A stretch of 64,000 nucleotides of DNA, from the NCBI GenBank assembly GCA_965221125.1, contig CBDCRW010000004.1:416001-480000 (forward strand). The letters run 5' to 3'. The translations under genes were made by a program, and so were the position numbers. The DNA comes from Alphaproteobacteria bacterium (GTDB lineage Bacteria; Pseudomonadota; Alphaproteobacteria; UBA828). Below, in pieces: positions 39,512 through 49,501 of this stretch. Each line of letters begins with the position of its first letter. Within the stretch, counting starts at the first letter, position 1. Below the pieces are notes generated by a model. It saw only the letters and a program-made list of their open reading frames with translations. It had not been told where the DNA came from and did no database searches.

Positions 39512-41042
39512 CGGCCCCCTCCCGGTCGAACAACTCGGGGTAGTAGTGTTTCCACATTCGGTTACGGAGCGCCCGCCGTGCCCGTGCCTCAGCCCTCGGA
39601 CGCAAGGCCGTCGGGCAGGGGATGGACGGAAGCGCCGCCTCGAATTCTGTCTTCGCCGATTCCCACAGATCGGCAAGGAATGCCCGCCTCGTCTCGAAGG
39701 CCGCGTCGTCGCTTTCGGTTGCCGCGCCGGTCCGACGCCACAGGCTTGGAAAGAAGAGCCGGTCGGCGGCCTGATCGAAGCGCTTTCGGGCGGGCCCGGC
39801 ATGAGCGAAGTGTTTTTTTCCAATGGCGCCGTCTTCGGTCTTGCCGCCCGCAGCCGTCAACGCGAGCGCATATGCCAGCGCCTTGTCGAAGCTCTCGATC
39901 TCCTTTAGCTGCTCCGAGGCAAGTCTTCCGATGTCGCCGGACGAGAATAGCGGCACGACTCTTCCGGGCACCGGCACCACGCGCGACTTGAAGCCTCCGG
40001 TCTTGCTGTTGCCGCGCGCGAACGCCTCCGCCACGACGAGCATGTCGCCGGTCTCGTCGTCCCCCGGACAAGCGAGAAGCGGCCTGTTCCAATTGCCAGA
40101 GAACAGCAAGTCGTAGAGGCGGCGATAGTGGAAGTCGCCACTCTCGCTGAGGGTCAGGCTCTTGCCACTGTTGTCGACCGGCGTCCAAGGATCGCCGGTA
40201 TTGCCCCTGAGCGCCTTTGCGTCGATGCGCGTTCCTTTAGAAGTAGCGCGGTGCGCCGATAGTCGCCCGCCCGACTCTGTCAGGCGCACGCGGCGGCAAG
40301 TCTCGATGAACCAAGGATCGAGTGTGCGAATATCGAGCTGTCGGCCCTCCGGCCAGTCAAGGCACCAAAGCAGTGCTGGTCCGCCCCGCGTGCCGAGTTC
40401 GCCATGCGCGCCCTTCTCCCGTGCGGTCAACAACAGCTTCACGTCCCGCGCCCACCAAGCTGAGTGATCGATGGATATGCCCTCTCCTCGGGTCGGCGCG
40501 AGGCCCAGCAACGGGCGGCTGGACGAACCGCCGTTCATGCGCGCAATCCCGTTGTTCCCTCTGCCGCCGTATCCTTCGCAGGTCTGCAGCGACACCAGGG
40601 CGTAGACCCAGTCTTCGGCCGCCGCCTGCCGCGCGACCGCCTGCTTCAAGTCGTGATTGCGCGCGGTGATTAGCATGTCGAGTGCGTCGGGGGTGGGGAC
40701 CTCGGACCACTTCAATCCGCCCGGTGCCGGGGCCTGCAGGAAGGCGGGCTCGCTCCGATCCGCAACCGCTAATCGCCAAGGTGAGTCGTCCGGATGGTCC
40801 GCTGTCAGTCCACGCAGGGCAGCCATCCAGGACTCGACGTCCCGCGGCAGGTCGCTGCGGTCCGCGGTCCACAGCGCAAGCGCGCCGAGCTGAACGAGGA
40901 ACATATGCAAAGCCGGCCGCTGGTGAGGGCGCAGCGCCGTGAATCCTCCTACCTCGCCACGCACCAACGCGGCGAACAGGACAGGGAGCGAGGTCCTGGT
41001 GCCGTTGGAAACAGAGAAAACCGGATCGTGGAGCAGGTTCAT
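39498..41042 (-). CDS. cas8e: Type I-E large subunit Cas8e/Cse1
   Basis: MNLLHDP start, LRPHQRPALHMFLVQL, ARMNGG, FIETCRRVRL, DPWTP. Confidence 0.88.
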   Translation of the reverse strand: MNLLHDPVFSVSNGTRTSLPVLFAALVRGEVGGFTALRPHQRPALHMFLVQLGALALWTADRSDLPRDVESWMAALRGLTADHPDDSPWRLAVADRSEPAFLQAPAPGGLKWSEVPTPDALDMLITARNHDLKQAVARQAAAEDWVYALVSLQTCEGYGGRGNNGIARMNGGSSSRPLLGLAPTRGEGISIDHSAWWARDVKLLLTAREKGAHGELGTRGGPALLWCLDWPEGRQLDIRTLDPWFIETCRRVRLTESGGRLSAHRATSKGTRIDAKALRGNTGDPWTPVDNSGKSLTLSESGDFHYRRLYDLLFSGNWNRPLLACPGDDETGDMLVVAEAFARGNSKTGGFKSRVVPVPGRVVPLFSSGDIGRLASEQLKEIESFDKALAYALALTAAGGKTEDGAIGKKHFAHAGPARKRFDQAADRLFFPSLWRRTGAATESDDAAFETRRAFLADLWESAKTEFEAALPSIPCPTALRPRAEARARRALRNRMWKHYYPELFDREGADDAV

Positions 41043-41185
41043 CCGGGGGTCAGTTTCGTTCACCGTGCTGCGAGTGACAAACTGCCGGCTGCTTGCGCGG
41101 CAATCCTGATCGCATCGACAAAATACCAGAACCAACGGTTTCGGAACAAACAAGAAACACTGTCCTTGGGCGGGGACAGTAGGTC

Positions 41186-43735
41186 CTACGGGTCGTCTGC
41201 GACCCGGTGCAACCCCTCGCGGGAATAGCGAAACCGCCGCTCTCCGACCGACAGGACCAGGCCTTCCCCATTGGCGCTTGCTTTTACGGGCTCGTTCATG
41301 CCGATACCGCGGGACCAGCGTGCCGGCAGGGTGATCTGCTCTATCTGGCGACCGAAGGGGCCGACGGCCGGCGAATCGAGCCTCAGCACGACTCCCTCCT
41401 CACCGAGCCGTGTAACGATCCGCTCGTCCGAATCAGGAAAGATCGCGTCTTCAAATCTCTCCTCGCGGTCCAGGGAGTTGAGGCCGGCGATCATGCCTTC
41501 GGCCAACGCCGCGCCGCCGACCTTTCTCTCGTAACGCTTCCAATCGTGGCCTTTCTCTTCGATCAGCGCGGCGATGTGCTCGGGATGGGTAGCACCCTCG
41601 ACCAGCGCACGGTTCATCTGCGGTATCCGCCATTCCCGATTCTTTGCGATTGCTCGCCAAGTCAGCTCGAGCCCCGCGAGATCGCGATAGATTCCGTTGA
41701 TACCCTCCGGCGTCTCCCACGCGCCAAGTCCGTTCTTGAACGCCGGTTTCGCGAGTGGGTCCAGCCCATCCTCCGGTAACAGCACCGCAATGCGGGCACT
41801 ATCGAAATCAGACGGTCGCCGGCTAATGTCATGCCGGTGAAGCCGACCGATTCGTTGCAGCAGCACATCCATCGGGCACAAGTCCGTGACGAGGAAATCG
41901 GCGTCGATATCGAGCGACTGCTCCAGCGTCTGCGTGCCGATGACGATGCAGCCTTTGCATTCCCGGTCCTGTTCCGGCTTCAGCGCCGCCTCCACGGCTT
42001 GATCCAGGAGGAAGCGGTCCTCTGCGGCGAACCGCCCGTGATGCAACGCCGAGTGCCCTTCGACCTGCATGAGCAGGGTCTCCGCTTCGGCCTCCAGAAT
42101 CGCACGCCACGTCGCCACCGCCGCCGCCACCGTGTTGCGGATTACCAGGACCCGAGCGCCGTGCTTCGCCGCTGAGATCGACCGCGCCGCCGCCGCCACC
42201 GGGTCCATCGTAGACACGGTCTCCAAATGCGCTGTCTTTGAGCGCTCCGTTTCGGCGGCGGCACGTGGTCCGAGTTCTCCCCTCACCCACACCGCCGGGT
42301 AGGGCGCCGCATGAGCGGTCATGGAATCAGGCAAGGTCTCGCCGGTCCAGCGGACTCGAGCTCGCGCGCCGAGTGTGGCGGACATCAGCATCGCGTATCC
42401 GCCAATCGCGAGATGTCCATCGAGAAGCCGCTTCAGAACTTCTGTCATGTAGGCATCGGAGGCATGAACCTCATCGATCACCAGAATGCTGCGACTGAGC
42501 GCGCTGCCCCGCAGATGCGCGTGCTTGACCCGAAGGCCCGCGAGCATGGCTTGGTCCACCGTGCCCACGGCAATCGTCGCGGCGAGGAATCGGGTCGCGT
42601 GTTCGGCCGCCCAGCGCTGGGCAGCCGTATCCCTGTCGTCGTCCCATCGCACCTCCCATCCGGGCAGGCGATGGCCGTCGAACTCGCCCGCCCGCAACAT
42701 GCCGGGGATGGCCAGTACTGGGTCCGGCGCGTCCTCGCCGAAAGTGCGCTGCATCGCCTCGACGACGCGCCGGTGCAGCTGGCGCGCCGCCGCGCGCGTG
42801 GGCACAGCGAAATAGAGACCGGAAACCTTGCCTGCCGCAAAGAGTTGAGCAAACCGCCACAGCGCAGCTTCGGTCTTGCCCGATCCGGTCTCGGCTTCGA
42901 GAATGACCAGTCGGGCCTCAGCCCCCACCGCACCCACTACGTCCTGCGCGGGCCTCGGCGCTGCGAAACCCGTCATCTTCGTGAAATCGGGCGCAGACTC
43001 TTCGGCAAGCGTGCGAACATCCAGGCCAACCGTACTTAGTGCCAATGCCGCCTGACGATGCGCAGTGACGTCGTAGCAGGGATCGAATGGCGCCTGGAAC
43101 TCGAAAAACCGCTGGTCTGATCCAATCCAGTCGGCAAGGGCGGCGAGTCCGGCGACCGCATGGTGGAACCGGGGAGTATCCGGCAACGGCTCCGCGGCCG
43201 TATCGAAGGCTCCGGCAAACCACCGGGTAAACGCGTCGGCTATTGTCCGTGCCTCGGCTCGCCAATCGTAGTGCAGCAATGATCGCCCATTCCAGTCCCT
43301 GAGCGTCGGGCTGGCCGGCGGCGACACGGGTCGGCCGTGGTGCGCGACCGCTGCGGCCAGGAGAGGGCCGACCGCCTCACCCCATGTCATTATGCGGTGC
43401 ATCGTCCCATTGAATGGATGCTCCGGCCACTTGAGGGCGAGGGTCAAGAACGCCCAGCTTTCCTTCAGGTGGCCACGCACCGGCCCGGACCATGCCCTGT
43501 TTGGCCAGCCCTTGGCCTGAAATCCCGGATGCAGCTTCCCGATGTCGTGCAGGAACACCAACGCCGACAGCCGGTGTCGTTGCACGTCGTCCAGCGGCAC
43601 TCCGACCGCCTTGTCCAACCGGTCGCGAACGACCGGCAGTTCGATCATCCGCGCAAAGACCGCGGCGACATCCATGCAATGATGCGCGAGTGGATGAGTC
43701 CTCTCGCCGTCAAATTTGCCCCACGCCTCACGCAT
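41186..43735 (-). CDS. cas3: CRISPR-associated HD nuclease/helicase Cas3
   Basis: HHCMDV and LHDIGK (HD domain), ADWIGS, ETGSGKTE, DEVH, SAT, QRIGRLHRH. Confidence 0.96.
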   Translation of the reverse strand: MREAWGKFDGERTHPLAHHCMDVAAVFARMIELPVVRDRLDKAVGVPLDDVQRHRLSALVFLHDIGKLHPGFQAKGWPNRAWSGPVRGHLKESWAFLTLALKWPEHPFNGTMHRIMTWGEAVGPLLAAAVAHHGRPVSPPASPTLRDWNGRSLLHYDWRAEARTIADAFTRWFAGAFDTAAEPLPDTPRFHHAVAGLAALADWIGSDQRFFEFQAPFDPCYDVTAHRQAALALSTVGLDVRTLAEESAPDFTKMTGFAAPRPAQDVVGAVGAEARLVILEAETGSGKTEAALWRFAQLFAAGKVSGLYFAVPTRAAARQLHRRVVEAMQRTFGEDAPDPVLAIPGMLRAGEFDGHRLPGWEVRWDDDRDTAAQRWAAEHATRFLAATIAVGTVDQAMLAGLRVKHAHLRGSALSRSILVIDEVHASDAYMTEVLKRLLDGHLAIGGYAMLMSATLGARARVRWTGETLPDSMTAHAAPYPAVWVRGELGPRAAAETERSKTAHLETVSTMDPVAAAARSISAAKHGARVLVIRNTVAAAVATWRAILEAEAETLLMQVEGHSALHHGRFAAEDRFLLDQAVEAALKPEQDRECKGCIVIGTQTLEQSLDIDADFLVTDLCPMDVLLQRIGRLHRHDISRRPSDFDSARIAVLLPEDGLDPLAKPAFKNGLGAWETPEGINGIYRDLAGLELTWRAIAKNREWRIPQMNRALVEGATHPEHIAALIEEKGHDWKRYERKVGGAALAEGMIAGLNSLDREERFEDAIFPDSDERIVTRLGEEGVVLRLDSPAVGPFGRQIEQITLPARWSRGIGMNEPVKASANGEGLVLSVGERRFRYSREGLHRVADDP

Positions 43736-43868
43736 CTCGCTTCATTCAGCCACCTTGTTGCTACTCGTAGAACTGCCATCTCGCGCATGAATTCGCGTTC
43801 AGGAGCCACTCCAATGCACGATCGGATTTGGCCGCGATTTATTCCACGGGCCGCTATGATCTTGCGTC

Positions 43869-46800
43869 ATGGTCGCGACGGTCCGCAACCTGACCTCTTC
43901 GTCTGCCACCTCGGAGTATTTCCGCCAGGACGGCGGCTACTATCTCCGGGATGGCGAGGACGCAGCGGACCTTCGCGCCAAACGGGCCGAGCACCGAAAC
44001 GCAAGCACCTGGCACGGCAGCGGCGCTCTTGCCCTGGGATTGCATCCCGGCAAGCCGGTCGCGGCCGGCGCCTTCGAGAAGCTTCTTCAGGGCCACGTGA
44101 TCGGGACGAAGCAGCGCCTCGGTCGCCTGCGCGACGGGCAGCACGAGCACCGTCCGGGCTTCGACATCACGTTCTCGGCGCCGAAGTCTGTGTCGCTGGC
44201 GGCGCTTCTACCGACGGAAGAGCACCCGCACGGCGACCGGATGGTGATTCGCGCGCACAATGCGGCGGTGCGCGAGACGCTCGACTGGATCGAGGGTTCG
44301 CTTCTGGAGACGCGTGGCTGGGACCCCGCCACCGGCAGGCGGCCACGGGTGAAGGCGCCCTCGATGGTGGCCGCGCTGTTCCGCCACATCGCGAGCCGCA
44401 ACCTCGATCCGCAGCTCCACACTCACGCGGTGATCGCCAACATGACCCGGGACGGGGAGGGGCGGTGGAAGAGCGTGGAGCCGACGCTGCTGCACCGCAA
44501 TGCGAGACTGATCGGGGCGTATTACCGCGACCGGCTGGCACGGCAGCTGATGGAGAGGGGCTATTCGATCGTGCCGGCGATGGTGGGCCGGCTGCCGAGC
44601 TTCGAGCTTGCAGGCTATGGCCGGGAGCTGCGGGAAGCGTTCTCGACGCGCCGGCACGAGATCCTGGCCTATGTGGACGAGAAGGGCTGGGATCGCAGCG
44701 GGGTGGCGATGCAGGCGGCGACGCTGGCGACGCGCAAGCGGAAGGCGGAGCCGGTGCGGGCTCAGCTGCAGGAGCTGTGGCGGGAGCGCGCACAGGAATT
44801 GCGCCTCGACACGGCGCTCGCAGAGGCGCGCGCCGGGCAGGCGATCGTGCTTCCGGAGAGTCCGTCGGCGCTGGCGATCGTTCGCCGCTGCATGCGCCAG
44901 CTGGAGGAACGGCGATCGGTCTTCTCCGAGCACGATCTCGAGGCGCTGGCTCTCGGCCATTCGCCGGGCCGGCATTCGCTCGGGGAGATCCGGGACGCGA
45001 TCGCCTGGCTGGTCCGCGACGGCCACCTGGTCGAGGCCGAGCTGCGGCGCGCCGACCGGGCCTTCGTCACCGACCGCGCGCTGAAGGCGGAGCGGTCCAC
45101 GATCGCCATGATGAAGGCCGGGATCGGCGCCGGCGCGGTGCTGGCGCGGGAGAAGGACGTGGCGTCCCACCTCGACGGCGCCGGGCTCACCGAGGGACAG
45201 GAGGAGGCGGTTCGCACGATCCTGCTGGCGCACGACCGGGTCGTCGGCGTGCAGGGCCGGGCCGGGACCGGCAAGACGACGATGCTGCGCCAGGTGCGGG
45301 CGCTTGCCGGGGAGAAGCCGGTGATCGGCCTGGCACCCTCGACCGCCGCTGCCGCTGTGCTGGGGCGCGAGACCGGCATTCACGCCCGCACGCTGCAGTG
45401 GCTCCTGGCGCGCCGCCGGGCGGCGGGCGGCAACGGACAGGCGCTGGAGGCGTTGAAGGAGATTTTTGGGGGCGCGGTGCTGGTGCTGGACGAGGCATCG
45501 ATGGTGTCGACCGACCAGATGCGCTCGCTCCTGCGTGCGGCCGACGAGCTCGACACTGCCCGCGTGGTGCTGGTGGGCGACAGCAGCCAGCTCCGCGCGG
45601 TGGAGGCGGGGCAGCCGTTCCGGCTGTTGCAGCGGGCGGGGATGACGACGGCGGCGATGGACGACATCCTGCGCCAGCGGAACCCGGAGCTGCGGGCGGC
45701 GGTGCAGGCGGTTCTGGCGGGCGATCCCGGCGAGGCGGTGGAGTTGCTCGGCAGCAGCGTGCACGAAGTGGCGCACGAAGAGCTCGGTGAGAAGGCGGCG
45801 CAGGCCTGGCTGGCGCTCGACCCCGCCACCCGCGACAACACCCTCCTGGTCGCGCCCACCCATGCGCTGAGGGAAGAGATCAACCGGACCGTCCGGGAGG
45901 CACTGGCGAGCGAGGGGGTGCTCCGGGGGAAGGCGCTCGGGATCGAGCGCCTGGTCAGCCTGGGCTTGACCCGGACCGAGAAGGGGGACGTGCGCAACTA
46001 CCGGGAAGGGGACCTCGTGGTGTTCCACCACGACCTGGTGAACTACCGGCTGAAGAAGGACGAGATCCTGACGGTGACCGGGATCGAGTACGACCGGGTG
46101 ATGCTGCTGCATCCTGACGGCAAGCCGCGCTGGATCCGGCCTGCGGGCTCGGTCCGATACCAGCTCGACGTCTACGAGACCCGTCCCATGGAGATCCGAG
46201 CGGGCGACCGGGTCCGCTGGACCCGGAACGACAGGAAGCGGTCGCTCGTCAACGGCGAGCGGGCCGAGGTGGAGGGGATCGCCAAGGGCCGTGTGCGGTT
46301 CCGGCTGGATGACGGGCGGGGGCTGTCGCTGCGGGTGGACGATCCGCAGTTGCGGCATATCGACCACGCCTGGAGCTCGACGGTGCACGGCGCGCAGGGG
46401 AGCACGGCGGAGGGGGTGATCGCGGTGCTGGATTCGAGCCACGGCGCGCTCACCGACCAGTCGACCTTCTACGTCGAGATCAGCCGGGCGCGAGACCGGG
46501 CGGTGGTGCTCACCGACAACGCCGAGGAGCTGGTGAAGGTTCTGGCCGACAACACCGGGGAACGGCCGACGGCGCTTGAGGCGGTCGACGCGCCGATCGA
46601 GCTCGAGCCGGAGGAGATCGTCCGGCTGCTGGCGGAGGGGGAGCCGTCCTGGTCGCTGCGCGACGAATGGCAGGCGCTGGAACGGCAGGCGTGGCGCGAG
46701 GGCACGGTGCTGTTCCTGATGGAGGGCTACGGGGCGCTGATCGGACGGGCGCGGGAGCTCGCCGGGAACCCGGACCTGTCGGCCGCGACCAGGGAGGTGG

Positions 46801-49346
46801 TGGACGGGCTGTTGGCCTATGACCGCGCCTGCCGGGAGGGGGACAGGGCGGCGGTGGAGTTTCTCGGGCTTCTCGATGGGCATGACGCGAGGAGGCGCGG
46901 GCTGGACGAGGCCGCCAACTCTGCAACGTGCCCGGTTGCCGGGCTGGAAGACTACCCGGACTGGCGGGAGATGTCGGGGCGGCTCGCGGCGAACGGCGAG
47001 GTCCTGCTCGCGGAACTCGGCGAGCGCGCGGGCGAGGCCGGCGGCACGATCTCCCGGCGCCTCGGGCTGCTCGACGACCTGCTGGCGGTCGACGACGCGG
47101 TCCTCGAATTCGACACGCTGCACCGCGAGGTCGTGGCGCGGGCCGCGGCGGAAGGCACGATTCCGTTCTACGCCGATGGGCATGACGATCTCGCCGAGCG
47201 CGCCAGGAAACTCACGGAGCGGTCCCCACTCCCGGCATGGGCGCTCGGGGCGGCCAGGGAGGTTCTCGACCATGCAGAGGCCTGCGAAGAACGGAAGGCG
47301 GCAATCGTCGCGCTTCATGCTTCGGCGGCCGGGCTTCTGGACGAGCGCACGATGCTGGAGGACCGCGCCCGCACGGCTGGCCCGCCCCTGTTCACCCCGC
47401 CCACCGAATTGGCGGGCTATGCCGGCTGGTTGGCGCGTTGCGGGGAGGCGGGCGAGCGCTGGCGCGCCATGCGTGAAGAGCCGGATTCCAAGCGTGAAGA
47501 TCCAGATACATGGCGGCCCCATGATACATGGCAGCCCCATCTCGAGCGGCTGAAGGATGAAGCGGGGGAGATCGCAGCCGCCGTCGATCGGCTCGACCGG
47601 CTCCGCGGCCACGACCTGGCCTGGGCGGGGGTGTTCGAAAAGCGTCTGGCGATGGCGGAGCGGGCGAAGGCGGAGGGAGTCATCGCCTTCTATCTGCCGG
47701 GCTGGAAGGAGCTCGTCGACGAGGCCCGCGCGCTCGGCCGGCGGGAGGGCTTGCCGGACCAGGCCGGGGAGATGGCGCGGCGGGTGCTGGACTACGACCG
47801 CGAACGCGGCAGGGAGCGCGCCACCGTCGACGGTTTCCTCGACGGGGCCGGGCAACATGGGCAGTACTGGGACACCCTGCAGGAAGAGGCGAAGCGGCGG
47901 ACCGGGCAGGAGCCGGACTTTCTCGTCACCGAGCTGCCCGGCTACCGGTCCCTCACCGACTCTTGGGCGAAGCTGCTGACGACGGGACGTTCGATCCACA
48001 AGGACGAGGACACCTATGCTCCCCATCTCGACCGGATACCGGACGTCAGGGAAACGCTGGCTGCCGCGCTGGAGCGGATGGAGAGTCACCATCTGCTCGA
48101 CCGCTTCGTCTCGGTGAAGGCCCAGATCGAGGGTGCGAAGCACAGCGCGCTCGCGCAGGGCATATCGCCCGCCGACGACGAGGAGTGCGGCAAGGCCATG
48201 CGCCGAGCGGAGCGCCTGGCCAGGGAACCCGACCTTGACGAAGCGGCCCGGCGCTGGCTGCAGGCACAGATTGACGATCATGCTTCGCTGTCAGTCCATT
48301 GGACGGCGTTCCAGCGCCTGTTCCGGGAGGCGAACGAGCTGGACGAGCAATACCGTCAAATCGAGGAACGCGCGAAGCGAGAGAACGTGCCGTTGTCGCT
48401 GCTGGCCGAATGGCCGGCATGGCAGGAACGACACCGCGCGTTCGAGGAAGACGTCCGGTGGGCGCTGAACGGGGACGAAGACACCCAGGAGCGCTGGCAA
48501 GGCCGCCCCGAGCTGCTTGAGCGCATCGATAAGGGACTCCGGCTCTCACGCGAGCGGGAAGCCGTTCCGAAGCTGGAGGCGGCCCGGATCGCGGACATGG
48601 TGGGTGCCGAGCTTGCCCGGCTCCGCGACCCCGGCGCCTCTCATACATTCACCATCCCCTGGACGGGGCAGGAGCCGCTGCTCGCGGGCGAGCGGATCAG
48701 TCTGCAGCTACCGGAAGACGGGCCGCGTCTCGAAGCGGTGGTGCGCCGGCCGGGACGGGCCGGTGAATGGGCCCCCGAAGACGAGGTGGAGCTCGAGTGG
48801 GTTGCGGCGGTGACGGGCCAGATGCCGGAGGAACCAGTAAAAGAAATGTCCTGGCTGGAGCTCGCGGGCTGCGACGTCCTTCAGGCGGAGTGGAGTGACG
48901 AGAGGCTCCGGCAGGCGGAACTGGAGCGCCAGCGGCCGGAACCCCCGGACCGCTATGCGCTTGCCTGCTCACGGGATCTCACCGTGGGCGACCGGTTGTG
49001 GTGCAGCGAGGTCGTCGATACGGAGACGGCTGCGCCGGAGAGCACGCACCTGGGCCACCCGGCGGTCGTGCAGGTCGAGCTGGAGGCGGTCTACAGAACG
49101 GCGGGGAAGACCGAAGCGGAGGACATCTGCACGCTTCGCGAGCTCTCGCGTTCGGACGACGAGCCCTGCCGGGAGATCGACCTTTCGCTCCACGAACTTA
49201 TGGCGTTCGCGCGCGCGCGCGCATTCCGGGACGACGAGGACGAGCGCTGGTCCGAGGCGCTCGCCCAGAAGATGGAGCTGGACCAGAGACGGGCCATATT
49301 GCAACAGGAAGGACTGCACCGTGTCATGAGTATGAAGCCCTGGTGA
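43869..49346 (+). CDS. MOBF (TrwC/TraI-like) relaxase-helicase with ~900-aa C-terminal extension
   Basis: EYFRQDGGYY, DITFSAPKSVS, HIASRNLDPQLHTH (HUH); helicase motifs GRAGTGKTT, LDEASM, GDSSQL, TVHGAQG, YVEISRAR. Confidence 0.93.
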   Translation: MVATVRNLTSSSATSEYFRQDGGYYLRDGEDAADLRAKRAEHRNASTWHGSGALALGLHPGKPVAAGAFEKLLQGHVIGTKQRLGRLRDGQHEHRPGFDITFSAPKSVSLAALLPTEEHPHGDRMVIRAHNAAVRETLDWIEGSLLETRGWDPATGRRPRVKAPSMVAALFRHIASRNLDPQLHTHAVIANMTRDGEGRWKSVEPTLLHRNARLIGAYYRDRLARQLMERGYSIVPAMVGRLPSFELAGYGRELREAFSTRRHEILAYVDEKGWDRSGVAMQAATLATRKRKAEPVRAQLQELWRERAQELRLDTALAEARAGQAIVLPESPSALAIVRRCMRQLEERRSVFSEHDLEALALGHSPGRHSLGEIRDAIAWLVRDGHLVEAELRRADRAFVTDRALKAERSTIAMMKAGIGAGAVLAREKDVASHLDGAGLTEGQEEAVRTILLAHDRVVGVQGRAGTGKTTMLRQVRALAGEKPVIGLAPSTAAAAVLGRETGIHARTLQWLLARRRAAGGNGQALEALKEIFGGAVLVLDEASMVSTDQMRSLLRAADELDTARVVLVGDSSQLRAVEAGQPFRLLQRAGMTTAAMDDILRQRNPELRAAVQAVLAGDPGEAVELLGSSVHEVAHEELGEKAAQAWLALDPATRDNTLLVAPTHALREEINRTVREALASEGVLRGKALGIERLVSLGLTRTEKGDVRNYREGDLVVFHHDLVNYRLKKDEILTVTGIEYDRVMLLHPDGKPRWIRPAGSVRYQLDVYETRPMEIRAGDRVRWTRNDRKRSLVNGERAEVEGIAKGRVRFRLDDGRGLSLRVDDPQLRHIDHAWSSTVHGAQGSTAEGVIAVLDSSHGALTDQSTFYVEISRARDRAVVLTDNAEELVKVLADNTGERPTALEAVDAPIELEPEEIVRLLAEGEPSWSLRDEWQALERQAWREGTVLFLMEGYGALIGRARELAGNPDLSAATREVVDGLLAYDRACREGDRAAVEFLGLLDGHDARRRGLDEAANSATCPVAGLEDYPDWREMSGRLAANGEVLLAELGERAGEAGGTISRRLGLLDDLLAVDDAVLEFDTLHREVVARAAAEGTIPFYADGHDDLAERARKLTERSPLPAWALGAAREVLDHAEACEERKAAIVALHASAAGLLDERTMLEDRARTAGPPLFTPPTELAGYAGWLARCGEAGERWRAMREEPDSKREDPDTWRPHDTWQPHLERLKDEAGEIAAAVDRLDRLRGHDLAWAGVFEKRLAMAERAKAEGVIAFYLPGWKELVDEARALGRREGLPDQAGEMARRVLDYDRERGRERATVDGFLDGAGQHGQYWDTLQEEAKRRTGQEPDFLVTELPGYRSLTDSWAKLLTTGRSIHKDEDTYAPHLDRIPDVRETLAAALERMESHHLLDRFVSVKAQIEGAKHSALAQGISPADDEECGKAMRRAERLAREPDLDEAARRWLQAQIDDHASLSVHWTAFQRLFREANELDEQYRQIEERAKRENVPLSLLAEWPAWQERHRAFEEDVRWALNGDEDTQERWQGRPELLERIDKGLRLSREREAVPKLEAARIADMVGAELARLRDPGASHTFTIPWTGQEPLLAGERISLQLPEDGPRLEAVVRRPGRAGEWAPEDEVELEWVAAVTGQMPEEPVKEMSWLELAGCDVLQAEWSDERLRQAELERQRPEPPDRYALACSRDLTVGDRLWCSEVVDTETAAPESTHLGHPAVVQVELEAVYRTAGKTEAEDICTLRELSRSDDEPCREIDLSLHELMAFARARAFRDDEDERWSEALAQKMELDQRRAILQQEGLHRVMSMKPW

Positions 49347-49501
49347 CCGATCCTGCCCGCACCGTCTGCATCGACGAGGGTTCTCAGGACCTGTCGCTCG
49401 TGTCTTGCACTCTCTGCCGTGAAGGAGGCCGGCGAACATATTGAAAGCGCCTTCTTTCCGATCGCCGGGTCGCCGCATGCGCAGCGCCGCCGGCGAGATG
49501 C

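Noticed and set aside
35092-41042. HNH or DEDDh fusions in Cas5, Cas8e or Cas2
   Set aside because: Lengths are ordinary and no extra domains or motifs are visible.
28538-43735. CRISPR-guided integration (CAST-like) linking Cascade to the integrases
   Set aside because: No TnsA/B/C or TniQ. Cas3, Cas1 and Cas2 are intact, and I saw no spacer matching the att site, so a defensive role is the simpler reading.
44208-48281. 1357-aa minus-strand ORF (and similar long ORFs such as 8999-11566 and 13450-15540)
   Set aside because: Antisense shadows of well-supported genes in high-GC DNA; no recognisable motifs.
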